A DNA stretch of 64,000 bases, from positions 32,001 to 96,000 of the forward strand of contig CAYOWP010000001.1 in the NCBI GenBank assembly GCA_964407715.1, given 5' to 3'. Of this stretch, positions 20,043 through 31,445 are shown piece after piece. The stretch's first letter is position 1; each line of letters starts with the position of its first letter. The position numbers were made by a program, and so were the translations under genes. The notes under the pieces were generated by a model that was not told the origin of the DNA, did no database searches, and was given only the letters and a program-made list of their open reading frames with translations. The stretch is from an uncultured archaeon. GTDB lineage: Archaea > EX4484-52 > JAADEF01.

Positions 20043-21022
20043 TGGAGCATATTTACACAAGGATGAGGAGCAGGAGTGTTAGATTATTAAGGAAAGAGGA
20101 TTGTGAGATGTTATTAGAAAAATCTGCTCCAGAAATCATAGAATTTTTGAAACCACACAGTAGATTCTATCGCATTTTCTCGCAGGAATATGCTTTGTTC
20201 TATTCTTCTGAGGATTTAATAAGCATAATAAGTAAAGGAAGGTATCTTTCACCTTTACTTGAATTTAAAGGATATGCTGAGCTGCTTAATGATGACAAAG
20301 CTAAGGTTCTGTTGGATTCTTATCTATATCAGTTCAAATCTAAGATTCTTATGGTATTGCTTGCAGGATTATATTCAAATAAGCCATTTGAGGAGATCAA
20401 ATCACTAATTATTACAACTCCTGCAATTAATAAGGTTTTAGAAGCAAGATATGCTCCTGCTCATGTATATGACTTAACATTTATGCTTTTGGACAATAAG
20501 GAGATAAGCATAAAAGTGCAAGATTTCTTTAATAAAGGAGATTTTGATGCTCTTACCAAGCTACTTCAAATGAGCAGATTAGAGAAATTGAATATCCTGT
20601 ATGATACCTTTAAAGAAGAAGATTTCATTAGAGCATATATTTATTATGAGATATTAGATATTTGTTTGAAATTAGAGAATCTCCATCTTGAATTAGAGTC
20701 AAATCATCTTCACATCATTAGGGAGATTAACAAATTTATGAAGGATAAGGGATATGCTTATAAGATACTCAAGAGATTCTTTGGAGAAGATATAGGAGGT
20801 GATGCCAATAAGAGAGTTCTTGATAAATTAAAAAGCATGCTTTATAAAAAGGCTCGAGATGTATTTATGAGACATCCATTTACATATAGCGCTTTATTGG
20901 GATATGTGCTCTTACTTGAAAGGGAATTTAGGGTTGTAAATTTGATTGCTAAATATAAGATATATGGAGAGAAGATAGGAGAAGAAAAAATAAGAAAGAC
21001 GATAAGTGAGTGCTATGATTAA
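20039..21022 (+). CDS. atpC: A/V-type ATP synthase subunit C
   Basis: Operon position; YTRMRS.., LLGYVLLLEREFRVV. Confidence 0.75.
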   Translation: MMEHIYTRMRSRSVRLLRKEDCEMLLEKSAPEIIEFLKPHSRFYRIFSQEYALFYSSEDLISIISKGRYLSPLLEFKGYAELLNDDKAKVLLDSYLYQFKSKILMVLLAGLYSNKPFEEIKSLIITTPAINKVLEARYAPAHVYDLTFMLLDNKEISIKVQDFFNKGDFDALTKLLQMSRLEKLNILYDTFKEEDFIRAYIYYEILDICLKLENLHLELESNHLHIIREINKFMKDKGYAYKILKRFFGEDIGGDANKRVLDKLKSMLYKKARDVFMRHPFTYSALLGYVLLLEREFRVVNLIAKYKIYGEKIGEEKIRKTISECYD

Positions 21023-21311
21023 GATTGTTGGTTATGGAGACTTTGTGAGAGGGTTTAGATTGATTGGGGTTAAAAACATTATGCTTATCAAAATAGGTTC
21101 AGAGAGCCATGTGGAGTCATTATTAGAGGAGGATATTCCACTAGTGATATTAGATGGAAGGGTCTTTGAGAAATTAAAACCATATATCAAGGATAAGATT
21201 ATTACCTCAAAAAAACCTTTGTTTTTTGTGTTAAATCCAGAGAAAAGTGATGATGAGAGCATGAGATTAATGATTAAGAGAGCATTAGGTGTTGAGATAG
21301 AGAACATATAA
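21015..21311 (+). CDS. atpF: A/V-type ATP synthase subunit F
   Basis: GFRLIGV, IKRALGV. Confidence 0.9.
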   Translation: MIKIVGYGDFVRGFRLIGVKNIMLIKIGSESHVESLLEEDIPLVILDGRVFEKLKPYIKDKIITSKKPLFFVLNPEKSDDESMRLMIKRALGVEIENI

Positions 21312-21329
21312 AATATGTGGGTGATTAAT

Positions 21330-23081
21330 ATGCCAAAAAAGGAGGGAAGGATTTATAGAGTATCTGGTCCTGTAATTATAGCAGAGAATTTGGATGCTAA
21401 TATGTATGATGTTGTCTATGTAGGGGAGGAAGAGCTTATAGGAGAGGTTATCCAGATTGATGGTAATAGAGTTACTGTTCAGGTTTATGAGGACACATCA
21501 GGCTTAAAACCTGGAGAAAAGGTTATAACTTATAATCAACCTTTGACAGTAGAGTTGGGCCCAGGGATATTAAAGAGTATTTATGATGGAATTCAAAGAC
21601 CACTAGATGTACTTAAGGGCTTGCAGGGAGATTTCATTAAAAGAGGAGCAAGAGTTAATGCCTTAGATAGAAAAAAGAAATGGAAGTTTAAGCCATTAGT
21701 CAAAAAGGGAGATGTAGTGAAGGCAGGAGATATTATAGGAGAGGTCAAAGAAACGGATCTCATTACTCACAAAATACTTGTGCCTCCTAACTATCGTGGA
21801 GGTAAAGTGGTTGAGATTAAAGATGGATCCTTTAGTGTTGAGGAGGTTATTGCAAAGTTGGATAGTGGTGAAGAAATAAAGATGATGCATATATGGCCAA
21901 TTAGAAAACCTAGACCTTATAAAGAAAAGTTACCTCCAGTTGTGCCAATGATTACTGGCATGAGAATTTTGGATGCTCTCTTTCCTATTGCAAAAGGAGG
22001 AACTGCAGCCATACCTGGGCCATTTGGTTCTGGTAAGACAGTCACACAACAAAGTTTGGCAAAATATTCGGATGCCCAGGTTATTGTTTATATTGGATGT
22101 GGGGAGCGTGGCAATGAGATGACAGAAGTGCTTGAGGAATTTCCTGAATTAATAGACCCTAATAGCGGTAAGCCATTAATGAATCGTACTGTCTTAGTGG
22201 CTAACACATCAAACATGCCTGTTGCAGCAAGAGAGGCAAGTATCTATACTGGGATTACGCTTGCTGAGTACTATAGGGACATGGGATATGATGTTGCTCT
22301 TATGGCTGACTCAACTTCAAGATGGGCAGAGGCTATGAGGGAGATAAGCTCTAGGTTGGAGGAGATTCCTGGAGAAGAGGGATATCCTGCAAAGCTTTCA
22401 TCTAAATTATCAGAGTTCTATGAAAGAGCAGGAAGAGTTGTGACTTTAAGCGGGAAAAAAGGATCTGTTACGGTTATTGGTGCTGTTTCTCCTCCTGGGG
22501 GAGACTTTTCAGAGCCTGTCACTCAAGGTACCTTGAGAATAGTAAAAGTATTCTGGGCTTTGGATGCAAAATTAGCAAGAAGAAAGCACTTTCCAGCCAT
22601 AAATTGGTTGCAAAGCTATAGCTTATATAAGGAAACCTTGTCAGAGTGGTTTGCTGAGAATGTTGCGAAGGATTGGGATAAGAAAATTAACCGAGCTATG
22701 AGCATACTTCAAGAAGAGGAGAAATTACAGGAGATTGTGCAGCTTGTTGGAAGTGATGCACTTCCTGATAAGGAGCAAGGAATTCTCTTAACTGCAAGGC
22801 TTTTAAGGGAGTTCTTTTTACAACAAAATGCATATGATGAGAATGATGCTTATAGCAATGTACAAAAGACAAACTTAATATTAGATGTTATATTGCAGGT
22901 TGATGACCTCATTAGAGATGCCATTTCTAAAGGCATAAAAGCCAAGGATCTTACTGGAATGAGGTCGCTTAGCAGAATAGCAGAGATAAGATATTCCAAG
23001 GATTATGCGAAGATTGCAAAAGAGGTAATGGAAGAGATAAAGGGAGAGATAGAAAATATAGAGAAATTATATGCTCAATGA
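21330..23081 (+). CDS. atpA: A/V-type ATP synthase subunit A
   Basis: PGPFGSGKTV, GCGERGNEM, no intein. Confidence 0.98.
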   Translation: MPKKEGRIYRVSGPVIIAENLDANMYDVVYVGEEELIGEVIQIDGNRVTVQVYEDTSGLKPGEKVITYNQPLTVELGPGILKSIYDGIQRPLDVLKGLQGDFIKRGARVNALDRKKKWKFKPLVKKGDVVKAGDIIGEVKETDLITHKILVPPNYRGGKVVEIKDGSFSVEEVIAKLDSGEEIKMMHIWPIRKPRPYKEKLPPVVPMITGMRILDALFPIAKGGTAAIPGPFGSGKTVTQQSLAKYSDAQVIVYIGCGERGNEMTEVLEEFPELIDPNSGKPLMNRTVLVANTSNMPVAAREASIYTGITLAEYYRDMGYDVALMADSTSRWAEAMREISSRLEEIPGEEGYPAKLSSKLSEFYERAGRVVTLSGKKGSVTVIGAVSPPGGDFSEPVTQGTLRIVKVFWALDAKLARRKHFPAINWLQSYSLYKETLSEWFAENVAKDWDKKINRAMSILQEEEKLQEIVQLVGSDALPDKEQGILLTARLLREFFLQQNAYDENDAYSNVQKTNLILDVILQVDDLIRDAISKGIKAKDLTGMRSLSRIAEIRYSKDYAKIAKEVMEEIKGEIENIEKLYAQ

Positions 23082-23110
23082 TTAATTAGGTGGATAAAGA
23101 GGTGATTATT

Positions 23111-24520
23111 ATGGGAAAAGCAGAAACCTTAAAGGAATACAAAACAATTGAGGCAATTAAAGGTCCACTATTATTTGTTAAGAAAACTCATGCTGTTGGA
23201 TATGGAGAAATTGTCAAGATAAAGTTGGATAATGGTGAAGTAAAACTTGGGCAGGTATTGGATACTAGCAAGGATCTTGTGGTTGTTCAGAGTTTTGAGG
23301 AAACCACAAGTATGAGCTTAACCACATCTGTTAGATTCCTAGGAGAGGTTTTTAGATTTAAGGTTAGTGATGAAATCATTGGCAGAATCTTTAATGGAAG
23401 AGGAGAATTAATAGATAAGGGTTTGGATATTGTAAAGGGAGAAAAATGGGATATTATAGGAAGTGCTATTAACCCTTATGCTCGTGCAAAACCTCAGGAT
23501 TTTATACAGACAGGTATCTCCACTATAGATGTGATGCATACTTTGGTAAGAGGACAGAAATTACCGATCTTCTCTGGCAGTGGTTTGCCTCACAATGATA
23601 TTGCTTTGCAGATTGCAAGACAAGCGCAAGTGCCAGGAAAGGAAGAGGATTTTGCAGTGGTTTTTGCTGCAATGGGTATTACTCATGAGGAGGCATATAA
23701 GTTCATAAATGAATTTGAGAAGACTGGTGCCATTGAAAGAGCAGTTGTGTTTTTGAATCTTGCAAGTGATCCAGCATCTGAGAGATTGCTAACTCCAAGA
23801 TTGGCTTTAACATCAGCAGAGTATTTGGCATATGAAAAAGGAATGCATGTTCTTGTTATTTTGACAGACATGACCAATTATGCTGAATCTCTAAGAGAGA
23901 TTGCATCTGCACGTGAAGAAATTCCTGGAAGGAGAGGATATCCAGGTTACATGTATACTGATTTTGCAACGATTTATGAAAGAGCAGGGATGATAAAAGG
24001 CAAGAAGGGTTCTATTACTCAGATGCCTATCTTAACTATGCCTGGAGATGACATTACACATCCAATTCCTGATCTTACTGGATACATAACTGAAGGACAA
24101 ATTGTGCTTGGTAGAGAGCTACACCGCAAAGGCATATATCCACCTGTGGATGTATTGCTTGGTTTGAGTAGATTGATGAATAATGGAATTGGTAAAGGCA
24201 AAACAAGAGAGGATCATAAGGAAGTTTATGAGCAGCTTTATTCTGCATATGCTGAAGGTAAGGATTTAAGGGGATTGGTTGCCATTGTTGGTAGGGATGC
24301 TCTTAGTGAGAGAGATATAAGGTTCTTAGATTTCGCTGATGCATTTGAGGATAAATTTGTAAGACAAGGAATGTATGAGAACAGAAGCATAGAGGAGAGT
24401 TTAGATTTAGCATGGGATTTGTTTAGTATGATTCCAGAGCATGAGTTGGTTAAGTTGAAGCCAGAGACAAAGAAGAAGTATTATAAGGGCTTCAAGGGTG
24501 ATTTTAGAGGGACAGCATGA
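23111..24520 (+). CDS. atpB: A/V-type ATP synthase subunit B
   Basis: [21 protein letters not shown]. Confidence 0.98.
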   Translation: MGKAETLKEYKTIEAIKGPLLFVKKTHAVGYGEIVKIKLDNGEVKLGQVLDTSKDLVVVQSFEETTSMSLTTSVRFLGEVFRFKVSDEIIGRIFNGRGELIDKGLDIVKGEKWDIIGSAINPYARAKPQDFIQTGISTIDVMHTLVRGQKLPIFSGSGLPHNDIALQIARQAQVPGKEEDFAVVFAAMGITHEEAYKFINEFEKTGAIERAVVFLNLASDPASERLLTPRLALTSAEYLAYEKGMHVLVILTDMTNYAESLREIASAREEIPGRRGYPGYMYTDFATIYERAGMIKGKKGSITQMPILTMPGDDITHPIPDLTGYITEGQIVLGRELHRKGIYPPVDVLLGLSRLMNNGIGKGKTREDHKEVYEQLYSAYAEGKDLRGLVAIVGRDALSERDIRFLDFADAFEDKFVRQGMYENRSIEESLDLAWDLFSMIPEHELVKLKPETKKKYYKGFKGDFRGTA

Positions 24521-25134
24521 AAGATATAAAGCCTACACGAATGGAGCTTTTGGAGTTAAAGAAAAAGCTAAATTTAGCTATAAATGGCCATAGGCTCTTA
24601 AAGAAGAAGAGAGACGGCTTGATTATGGAATTGAGAAGTATGCTTAAAGATGTTAGGCATATCAAGGCTCAGCTTGTTGAGAAGTTACGCATGGCTAATG
24701 AGCTAATACTTAACATAGAGATGAATGAAAGTCCTGAGGAGATTGAGTTAGTGAGTGGTATAATGATGAAAAGTGCGCATGCAGAGGTGCTAATTAGGAA
24801 TGTCATGGGTGTGCCATTGCCAAAGATAAAGGGAGAAATTTCTGGTAGGGAATTTGAGAAAAGTAAATATGCCTTGACATTTTTTTCTTTGGATGTTATT
24901 AGGGCTGTGAGATTATATGAGGAGATATTCCTTGAGATTCTCAAAACGGCAGAGATAGATATGAGCATAAGAAATCTCCTTGAGGAGATTGAAAAAACAA
25001 AGAGGAGAGTTAATGCCTTGGAGAATAAAGTAATTCCTGAAATACAAGAAAGTATTGCGTGGATTAAGATGATGCTTGATGAAATGGAAAGGGAGAATCT
25101 CATCAGATTAAAAAGGATTAAAGGAAAAAGGTGA
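24517..25134 (+). CDS. atpD: A/V-type ATP synthase subunit D
   Basis: [22 protein letters not shown]. Confidence 0.95.
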   Translation: MKDIKPTRMELLELKKKLNLAINGHRLLKKKRDGLIMELRSMLKDVRHIKAQLVEKLRMANELILNIEMNESPEEIELVSGIMMKSAHAEVLIRNVMGVPLPKIKGEISGREFEKSKYALTFFSLDVIRAVRLYEEIFLEILKTAEIDMSIRNLLEEIEKTKRRVNALENKVIPEIQESIAWIKMMLDEMERENLIRLKRIKGKR

Positions 25135-25168
25135 TGTTTCACATCAACAAATTTCTCAAGAGAAATTT

Positions 25169-25440
25169 GGTTAACGAGAAAGCATCTTTTCCAAGAGGTT
25201 TAGAGCATGCTAACCATTGAAAAAGGTTATGTGCTGCAAGTCGGTTTTTGATATTGGGCATCTTCCCATTAACCAAATTTTCTAATAAAAAACAATTGTT
25301 AACAGGAAAATATCGATATTCTCCAGTGAATGCGGCATGCTAACCTTTTGATAAGGCTAGGTGCTGTAAATGTGCCATTTGAATGGCTATACTTTCCCTT
25401 AACCAATTTTAAATAAAAATTGTTAACGAGAAATATCATT
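25169..25440. repeat. Palindromic repeat array: units 25169-25274, 25297-25404, truncated third from 25421
   Basis: Degenerate copies between convergent atpD and hjc. Confidence 0.9.
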
Positions 25441-25785
25441 CTAACAAAACTCTGTTAGATCTATAAGATATATATCACCTTTCTTAATGATATTCGTTAA
25501 AGGTACAAAGTGAATTTTTGTATTATATTTGATTGCGTACATTCCTTCTCCATTAAATGCCTTGCTCACGTTTTCTAAGTTTTTAACTTCTTCTTTTTTT
25601 AGATAGAGTTGTGGTTTTGATGTTACTTTGCACTCCATTACCATTATTTTGCCATCTTTTCCAGCAATCAAATCAGGCTTCTTACTCCCTGCTGACCTTA
25701 TAACATACCATCCTTCCTTTTCAAGCATCTCTTTAACCTTTCTCTCAAGCTTGTACCCTTTAAAGTATTTTTTTCTGAGAGGCAT
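25441..25785 (-). CDS. hjc: archaeal Holliday junction resolvase
   Basis: G..LER, GWYVIRSAGS, PDLIA, MECK. Confidence 0.9.
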   Translation of the reverse strand: MPLRKKYFKGYKLERKVKEMLEKEGWYVIRSAGSKKPDLIAGKDGKIMVMECKVTSKPQLYLKKEEVKNLENVSKAFNGEGMYAIKYNTKIHFVPLTNIIKKGDIYLIDLTEFC

Positions 25786-25906
25786 ATATAAGATATAGGA
25801 TGATGAGGAATATATTATTAAGTGTTAGGTTTCACCGATAATACTTTAAAAAATGAAAATTTTTGTGTTTTTGCATTTTCATTTATTGGAAGCAAACTTC
25901 GAAAAT

Positions 25907-26315
25907 TTATCTCAACTTTTTTAAGGTAGCCGTTTGTAAGATACTGAAAATATCTTCTCCTTCTTTTAACTTTTTAAGTAAGTTTTGAAACAGTTGACCT
26001 TCAGGATAATTTGTCTTCTCTTGAAGCATGAGTGTTTGTTCCCCTTCGTTAATCTTTAACATGTGTTTAATCTCATTCGTCCTCAGCGGCTTCAAGAATT
26101 AGTTTTAAGTATTTCATAATTATAGCCTTACATTTATCATCTACTTTTGGTAATATTTGTAGTATTTGGCATATCCCATTACCTCCATCCCAATAAATTA
26201 CATCACACTCTTTACCCTCTGCTATCCAAACTCTCTCCCCAAGATATGGAATTTTTCTATGAGGTGTCCTATTGCCAATAATTTCTGATAAAGTATTCAC
26301 ATCAACTTCTACCAT
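25907..26315 (-). other. two short overlapping ORFs (80 and 62 aa), possible gene remnants in the R-M locus
   Basis: ORF track; coupled to upstream nuclease; no recognisable family. Confidence 0.35.
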
Positions 26316-27276
26316 TTTGCATCACCTCAAGATTCAAAATATTAAATAAACCCTCAAAAGTATACTCTGATTCCTGCTCTATATTTTCAAATGAATATTT
26401 CATTACCATGATATTATCAGAGAAATTTATTCTTCGTGGAAAATCTTTTGCTACGAGTATTCCACCTTTACATTCATTTCCATATTCCTGTATATAATTT
26501 TGAAGTTGCTGAAAATCTTTTATAGAAGCTTTTCCCTTTTTCACTTCTACTAGCAGATAAATATTACTTGTCTGTGGATGCTTTAACTTAATGAATATAT
26601 CTACAAAACCTTCTGGAAGAGCTTTTTCCCCTAAAATCTCAAAATCATCTGGTTTGTTGTTGATATCAAAATAATCCAATATATCCTCTATTTTTTCACT
26701 AAGTTTTTTGCGAACTAGTGATTGAAGAATTAACTCATGGAAACAGAATTTCTCTGGAATATTTTGCTTATCTTTTCTAAAGACAATTTTTGGAGTAAAA
26801 GTGTCCCTATTTAGATCTAATGACTCGCATTTTCCAGTAAAAACAGAACCCATAGTGGATACATTATAAAGGGTAATGGTGTCAGCTTGAAAATGTGTTT
26901 TTCTGTATCCACCCCTTAACAATAGATTTTCTGCAACATAAGCAAATTCAGGTCTAATCATAGGTTCATCTAAAGTCCTTTCCTGTTTTAAATATAATCT
27001 GAACGGAAAATAATAGGTTTTTCCTGACATTCTAAAAGTTACCGGTGGCCAAGGTGGAAGATTTTCAGCATCCTTGTAAGCTACCTTTTTAATGACCTTG
27101 TATAGGTTTCTCACTCTTGCTCCATAGAGAAAGGAGATATAATCTCCTTCTTCTATATCAAAATATGTCCATAGTCCATTTATACTGTTAGTAAATCCTG
27201 CAAGCGCGTATTTTATACATAATTCAAGATTTTTACGATTTGAAACAGATATGAGGAAATAATTTGGTGTTTTCAC
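26302..27276 (-). CDS. PD-(D/E)XK nuclease (NucS/Mrr-like C-terminus) with EVE/PUA-like N-terminus
   Basis: VDIFI..LLVEVK..QLQNY; N-terminal [16 protein letters not shown]. Confidence 0.65.
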   Translation of the reverse strand: MKTPNYFLISVSNRKNLELCIKYALAGFTNSINGLWTYFDIEEGDYISFLYGARVRNLYKVIKKVAYKDAENLPPWPPVTFRMSGKTYYFPFRLYLKQERTLDEPMIRPEFAYVAENLLLRGGYRKTHFQADTITLYNVSTMGSVFTGKCESLDLNRDTFTPKIVFRKDKQNIPEKFCFHELILQSLVRKKLSEKIEDILDYFDINNKPDDFEILGEKALPEGFVDIFIKLKHPQTSNIYLLVEVKKGKASIKDFQQLQNYIQEYGNECKGGILVAKDFPRRINFSDNIMVMKYSFENIEQESEYTFEGLFNILNLEVMQNGRS

Positions 27277-27278
27277 AT

Positions 27279-27722
27279 TTATCCCCCTACTCTCAAAATT
27301 TTCTTTAGAATATTCTCTAACCTATCCAAAGTTAGCATTACAGCATCTATGTTTATATCAATACCAATTGCATTTCTAAAAAGTAATTTTGCTTCGATCA
27401 AAGTCGTTCCAGATCCTACAAATGGATCTAAAATTATATCTCCTTCATTTGAATACCTTAATATCAAATTCCTTGCAACTTGAGGTGCCCAATTTCCCCG
27501 ATATTTTGCATTGAGATAATGTGTAGCCCAATCACCACGCCTGGGAAAGCTCCAAACATTAGTTGCTTCCAACTCGAATTTTTCAGGTTGTAATGTTTTT
27601 ATTTTCCAATTTTTACCTATTTCAAGTTTTGTATCTTCTATTACCACGAATTTATGTTCTTTGATGAATTTAAGATACTCTTCATAGGTTACCTCTTTCA
27701 TGGAAAGGCATTTTTTAGTCAT
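27279..27722 (-). pseudogene. truncated N4/N6 DNA methyltransferase
   Basis: WSFP.RGDWATH..YRGNW, DPFVGSGTT present; no PPY catalytic motif before the stop at 147 aa. Confidence 0.75.
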
Positions 27723-27971
27723 CTTACTTCCTCCAACTGTATTTCTTTTACCTTTTTATTCATCCCTGATCTCAAACTTTTCATGCAAACATTTTATTTT
27801 CGCTTTTAGTAATCCCCATAAGAATAGTATGATAAGTTTTAATAAAATCATTTATTTAAAATTTTAAATTTTTTACTTTATAATCTTGTGAAAAATGACA
27901 TTATAAAAAAGTACACATAATATCTAACTGAAATGATGCTTAACTGAAGATACTCTTTTTATATTGTTAAT

Positions 27972-28505
27972 TCAAGTACCATTCCCCTCAACAACCTTAA
28001 TGCAATACTCTCCTTTCGGTAATTTCATCATGGCTCTTCTCAGAGCTTCCTTTGCTATCTCTACTTTGTCATTGTCAACTCTAATGAAATAAATTCCTTG
28101 ACCTTTTGCAACTCTTGCTGCTCTTGCTTTAGGCTTACCAAATGGATGGCTCATACCTTGATAAAATCTATCAGCCTGTGCAACAGCAGCCTGGGCATGT
28201 TCCCTCAATACATGATGAGGATAAACCTTAACCTTTAAAAAGAAGCTTTTATCATCCATCTTCTTTTTGAGATAATTCACAGCAGCCACTCTTCCTGCCT
28301 CTAATGCATTATGCCTTATCTGCACATTTTTCTTTGCTATTAAATATAATGTCTTATCAAACTCTTTTTCTTTATTTCCTATCTCAAATACTACTAATTT
28401 CATTCCAGGAACTCCCTTTATATATGCCTTTCTTGGAACCCTTACCGCGGTTCTTGTATAGGGTCTTTTCCATTTTCTATACACACGTGCAGGTCTTAAA
28501 CCCAT
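27972..28505 (-). CDS. rpl10e: 50S ribosomal protein L10e (uL16)
   Basis: MGLRPARVYR, ALEAGR, YPHHVLRE, ADR..QGM..PFGKP. Confidence 0.95.
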   Translation of the reverse strand: MGLRPARVYRKWKRPYTRTAVRVPRKAYIKGVPGMKLVVFEIGNKEKEFDKTLYLIAKKNVQIRHNALEAGRVAAVNYLKKKMDDKSFFLKVKVYPHHVLREHAQAAVAQADRFYQGMSHPFGKPKARAARVAKGQGIYFIRVDNDKVEIAKEALRRAMMKLPKGEYCIKVVEGNGT

Positions 28506-28551
28506 AACCATCACCTATAAAAGAGATTATATTGATAGATTTTAAAAAGTT

Positions 28552-29544
28552 TCAAATATCAAAGGCATCTTCAATCCTCCATCTACTTTTTATTTTTGCT
28601 TTATAAGGATCCCCTTTAAAGCCATGTTTGTAGTAATGATATCCTGCTATCGCGATCATGGCACCGTTATCACCAAGATACTCATCTTGAAGTTTGTACC
28701 ACTTTGCACCTCTTTCTTTTGCCATGATCCTTATCATTTCCTGTAATCTGCTATTCATTCCAACCCCACCAACCACACATACCTCATCCTTTTTTGCATA
28801 TGCCAATGCTCTTTCCACTGTTTCTGTGAGCATCGCAAAAGCATGTTCTTGAAATGAATATGCTATATCTTCTTTCTTATGTCCTTTTTTTAACATATTT
28901 ATAGCATATGTTAATATTCCTGAAAATGCCACATCCATTCCCTTAACTGTATATGGCATGCGAATATAATTTCCTTGTTTTGCTAAATTCTCTATTATTT
29001 TTCCACCAGGAAAACCATATCCTATCTCCCTTGCTAATTTATCTATTGCATTCCCTATAGCAATGTCCTCTGTTTCTCCATAAACAATAAATCTTGTGTT
29101 ATTCTCTAAGGATATTATTTGTGTATTTCCTCCAGATACATAAAGATAGATAGCATCATTTATGTTGCAAAGATATTTTGCTATTAATATGTGTGCTGCT
29201 CCATGGTGCACGGGTATCACAGGCAAATTATATTTTTTACCTATTGCCTTTGAAAAGATTGATGCTATTTGCAAACCACTCCCAAATCCTGGGCCATGAG
29301 AGTATGAGAGCATATCAATATCCTTTATTGATATGCCTGCTTTTTTCAAAGCTAACAGCGTTAAAGGTTTGATTTTACTTGCATGGTGCTCAGCTATTTG
29401 AGTTGGTATGAGCCCAGTTTGAGATGTTTTAACCACATCCTTCTCATTAGATAATATATTTACCTTTTTTTTCTTTATTTCTACTATTCCAACACCTATT
29501 GTATGGGCCGTGCTCTCTATACCAAGAATTCTCATATTTTTCAT
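28552..29544 (-). CDS. kae1: KEOPS tRNA N6-threonylcarbamoyltransferase Kae1
   Basis: LGIESTAHT, HHGAAH, YVSGGNTQ, DNGAMIA. Confidence 0.95.
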   Translation of the reverse strand: MKNMRILGIESTAHTIGVGIVEIKKKKVNILSNEKDVVKTSQTGLIPTQIAEHHASKIKPLTLLALKKAGISIKDIDMLSYSHGPGFGSGLQIASIFSKAIGKKYNLPVIPVHHGAAHILIAKYLCNINDAIYLYVSGGNTQIISLENNTRFIVYGETEDIAIGNAIDKLAREIGYGFPGGKIIENLAKQGNYIRMPYTVKGMDVAFSGILTYAINMLKKGHKKEDIAYSFQEHAFAMLTETVERALAYAKKDEVCVVGGVGMNSRLQEMIRIMAKERGAKWYKLQDEYLGDNGAMIAIAGYHYYKHGFKGDPYKAKIKSRWRIEDAFDI

Positions 29545-29592
29545 TATATTGTAGAAATAATTTTTTAAAACTATAATGATGTACCTTCTTTT

Positions 29593-30198
29593 ATGAAAGT
29601 GCTCTTTAGTTCTGATTTACATCTACGCAAGGAATTGGCAGAAGAGACTATTAAAATAGCATTAAGAGAGGATGTAGAGGTAGTGGTTAATACAGGTGAT
29701 TTTTTGTCATCTGATTTCGCAAATTATTTTGCTAAGTTAATTCATGATAGCGGAATGATTGGCTATTTTGTAGAAGGCAATTGGGATAATAACATTGAGA
29801 TAAAGTTTGATAGCGTAAAAGTATTAAGATATACTTGTGAGAAATACAAAAGGTTCTATTTCTTTGGAGTTTATGAAAAAGTATTGTTATCTTATGAGGA
29901 TTTGCTTGAGATTACTAAGCATATTAACAATAACAAACTAATCTTTCTAACCCATGAGCCACCATATGGTATTTTGGATATCATATGGAGTGGTAAGAGC
30001 ATAGGTAACGAGATATATCTGAAATTTGATATCATAAAACAACCAAAGATACATGCATTTGGTCATGTGCATGAAGGGAATGGATATCTTAAAAAGGAAA
30101 ATACGCTTTTTATAAATGCTGCCATGAATGATATTCCTTTTTGTTATGTTGTTGATTTAAAAAATGATGAGATAAAAAGGATAAAGGCAAAGCATTGA
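29593..30198 (+). CDS. metallophosphoesterase
   Basis: SDLH, GD, GNWD, THEPP, GHVHE. Confidence 0.9.
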   Translation: MKVLFSSDLHLRKELAEETIKIALREDVEVVVNTGDFLSSDFANYFAKLIHDSGMIGYFVEGNWDNNIEIKFDSVKVLRYTCEKYKRFYFFGVYEKVLLSYEDLLEITKHINNNKLIFLTHEPPYGILDIIWSGKSIGNEIYLKFDIIKQPKIHAFGHVHEGNGYLKKENTLFINAAMNDIPFCYVVDLKNDEIKRIKAKH

Positions 30199-30213
30199 GA
30201 TAAAACTTTCATT

Positions 30214-30837
30214 TTAGATTCTATAAATATGCACATACATGATATCTTTTATCTTTTTTACATTCTCTTTGTTAATTTTGCCAGATGATATGAGATCTTT
30301 AACAATATTGTTACCCACAATGTTTGCAGTATAGCAACTCTCAATAGCTTTTATTACTTCTCTAAATGTGCTTTCTTTTCCTTTATAAAAAGGAGAGGTT
30401 AAATCCAATACTTTGTTTTCTTCTTCATAATATTTTCCTAAGATTTCTTTATCCACCACTCCTACAATATCTCCCTTATGGGATTCGTGAACCGCTAAAA
30501 TATATTTTTTGTTTAATGATTTCTTTAAGACATTCAAGCATAGTGTTGCACATCCCATGGAAGAAGGAGAAATCTCTGTTCCAATAAGCTTTTTTATTGT
30601 TTCTTCATCAATCTTTTTTATTTCCTCTAAGGATTTTCCTTTTATATAATCAATCAATAAAGAAGCGCTTACCTGACTTATTACACATCCTTTTCCATCA
30701 AAACATGCATCCACAACAGTATCATTATGCACATCCAAAAATATCTCAACCTCATCCCCACACAGATTGTTAGTATCTTTTGCGTGATAATCCCATATTT
30801 CTTTTCGTCTTTTATTTTTCTTTATTAACTCTTCCAT
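30214..30837 (-). CDS. IscU/SufU-like domain fused to DUF424-like domain
   Basis: N: NLCGD, GKGCVISQVSAS, GCA; C: VVDKEILGK..FYKG..ANIVGNNIV. Confidence 0.7.
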   Translation of the reverse strand: MEELIKKNKRRKEIWDYHAKDTNNLCGDEVEIFLDVHNDTVVDACFDGKGCVISQVSASLLIDYIKGKSLEEIKKIDEETIKKLIGTEISPSSMGCATLCLNVLKKSLNKKYILAVHESHKGDIVGVVDKEILGKYYEEENKVLDLTSPFYKGKESTFREVIKAIESCYTANIVGNNIVKDLISSGKINKENVKKIKDIMYVHIYRI

Positions 30838-30935
30838 TTAAACACCTCTGATATTTATCTTGGAAGTACTATTTTCAAAAATTTTTTAAAATCAAAAATT
30901 TTTAATTTTTATTAAAAACTAAAAAGGGAATCTAT

Positions 30936-31439
30936 ATGGAGGAAAAAGAATTAGGTTTAAAAGTTTTATCCTTATTAGAAAAAATTGCTAAGCAATGGGG
31001 CTTAGGAAAACCTGTTGGTAGGGTATGGGGTTTTTTGGTATTTGAATCAAAACCTGTAACTCAAAAGAGAATAGAGGAATGTGTAGGATATAGTAGAGGT
31101 TTGGTTAGTATATGCTTGAAGAAGTTGAGAGAAGTAGGGCTAATCAATGTAAAAAAAGAAGGTAAGGAAATGCTATATGAAGCAAATACATCTTTAATTG
31201 ATGGATTTGAAAAGGTAGTGATGTATTTTCTTGAAAATGAGATTAAACCTTTAATTAAGTATCTCTCTGATAACATAGATAAGATAAAAGATCCTGCATT
31301 AAAATCCAGAGCAAGTAATGCGATTCAGGAGTATGAAAAATTAAAGATAGGAATCATGATTTTCTCGCGTAAAATGAAAAAGGTTTCTTCGTTTAGTGTT
31401 GAAACCTTAAAAGACATAGCCAAACTTCATGATCAATAA
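30936..31439 (+). CDS. GbsR/MarR-family transcriptional regulator
   Basis: WGL..VGRVW, SRGLVSICLKKL wHTH. Confidence 0.8.
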   Translation: MEEKELGLKVLSLLEKIAKQWGLGKPVGRVWGFLVFESKPVTQKRIEECVGYSRGLVSICLKKLREVGLINVKKEGKEMLYEANTSLIDGFEKVVMYFLENEIKPLIKYLSDNIDKIKDPALKSRASNAIQEYEKLKIGIMIFSRKMKKVSSFSVETLKDIAKLHDQ

Positions 31440-31445
31440 AAGGAG

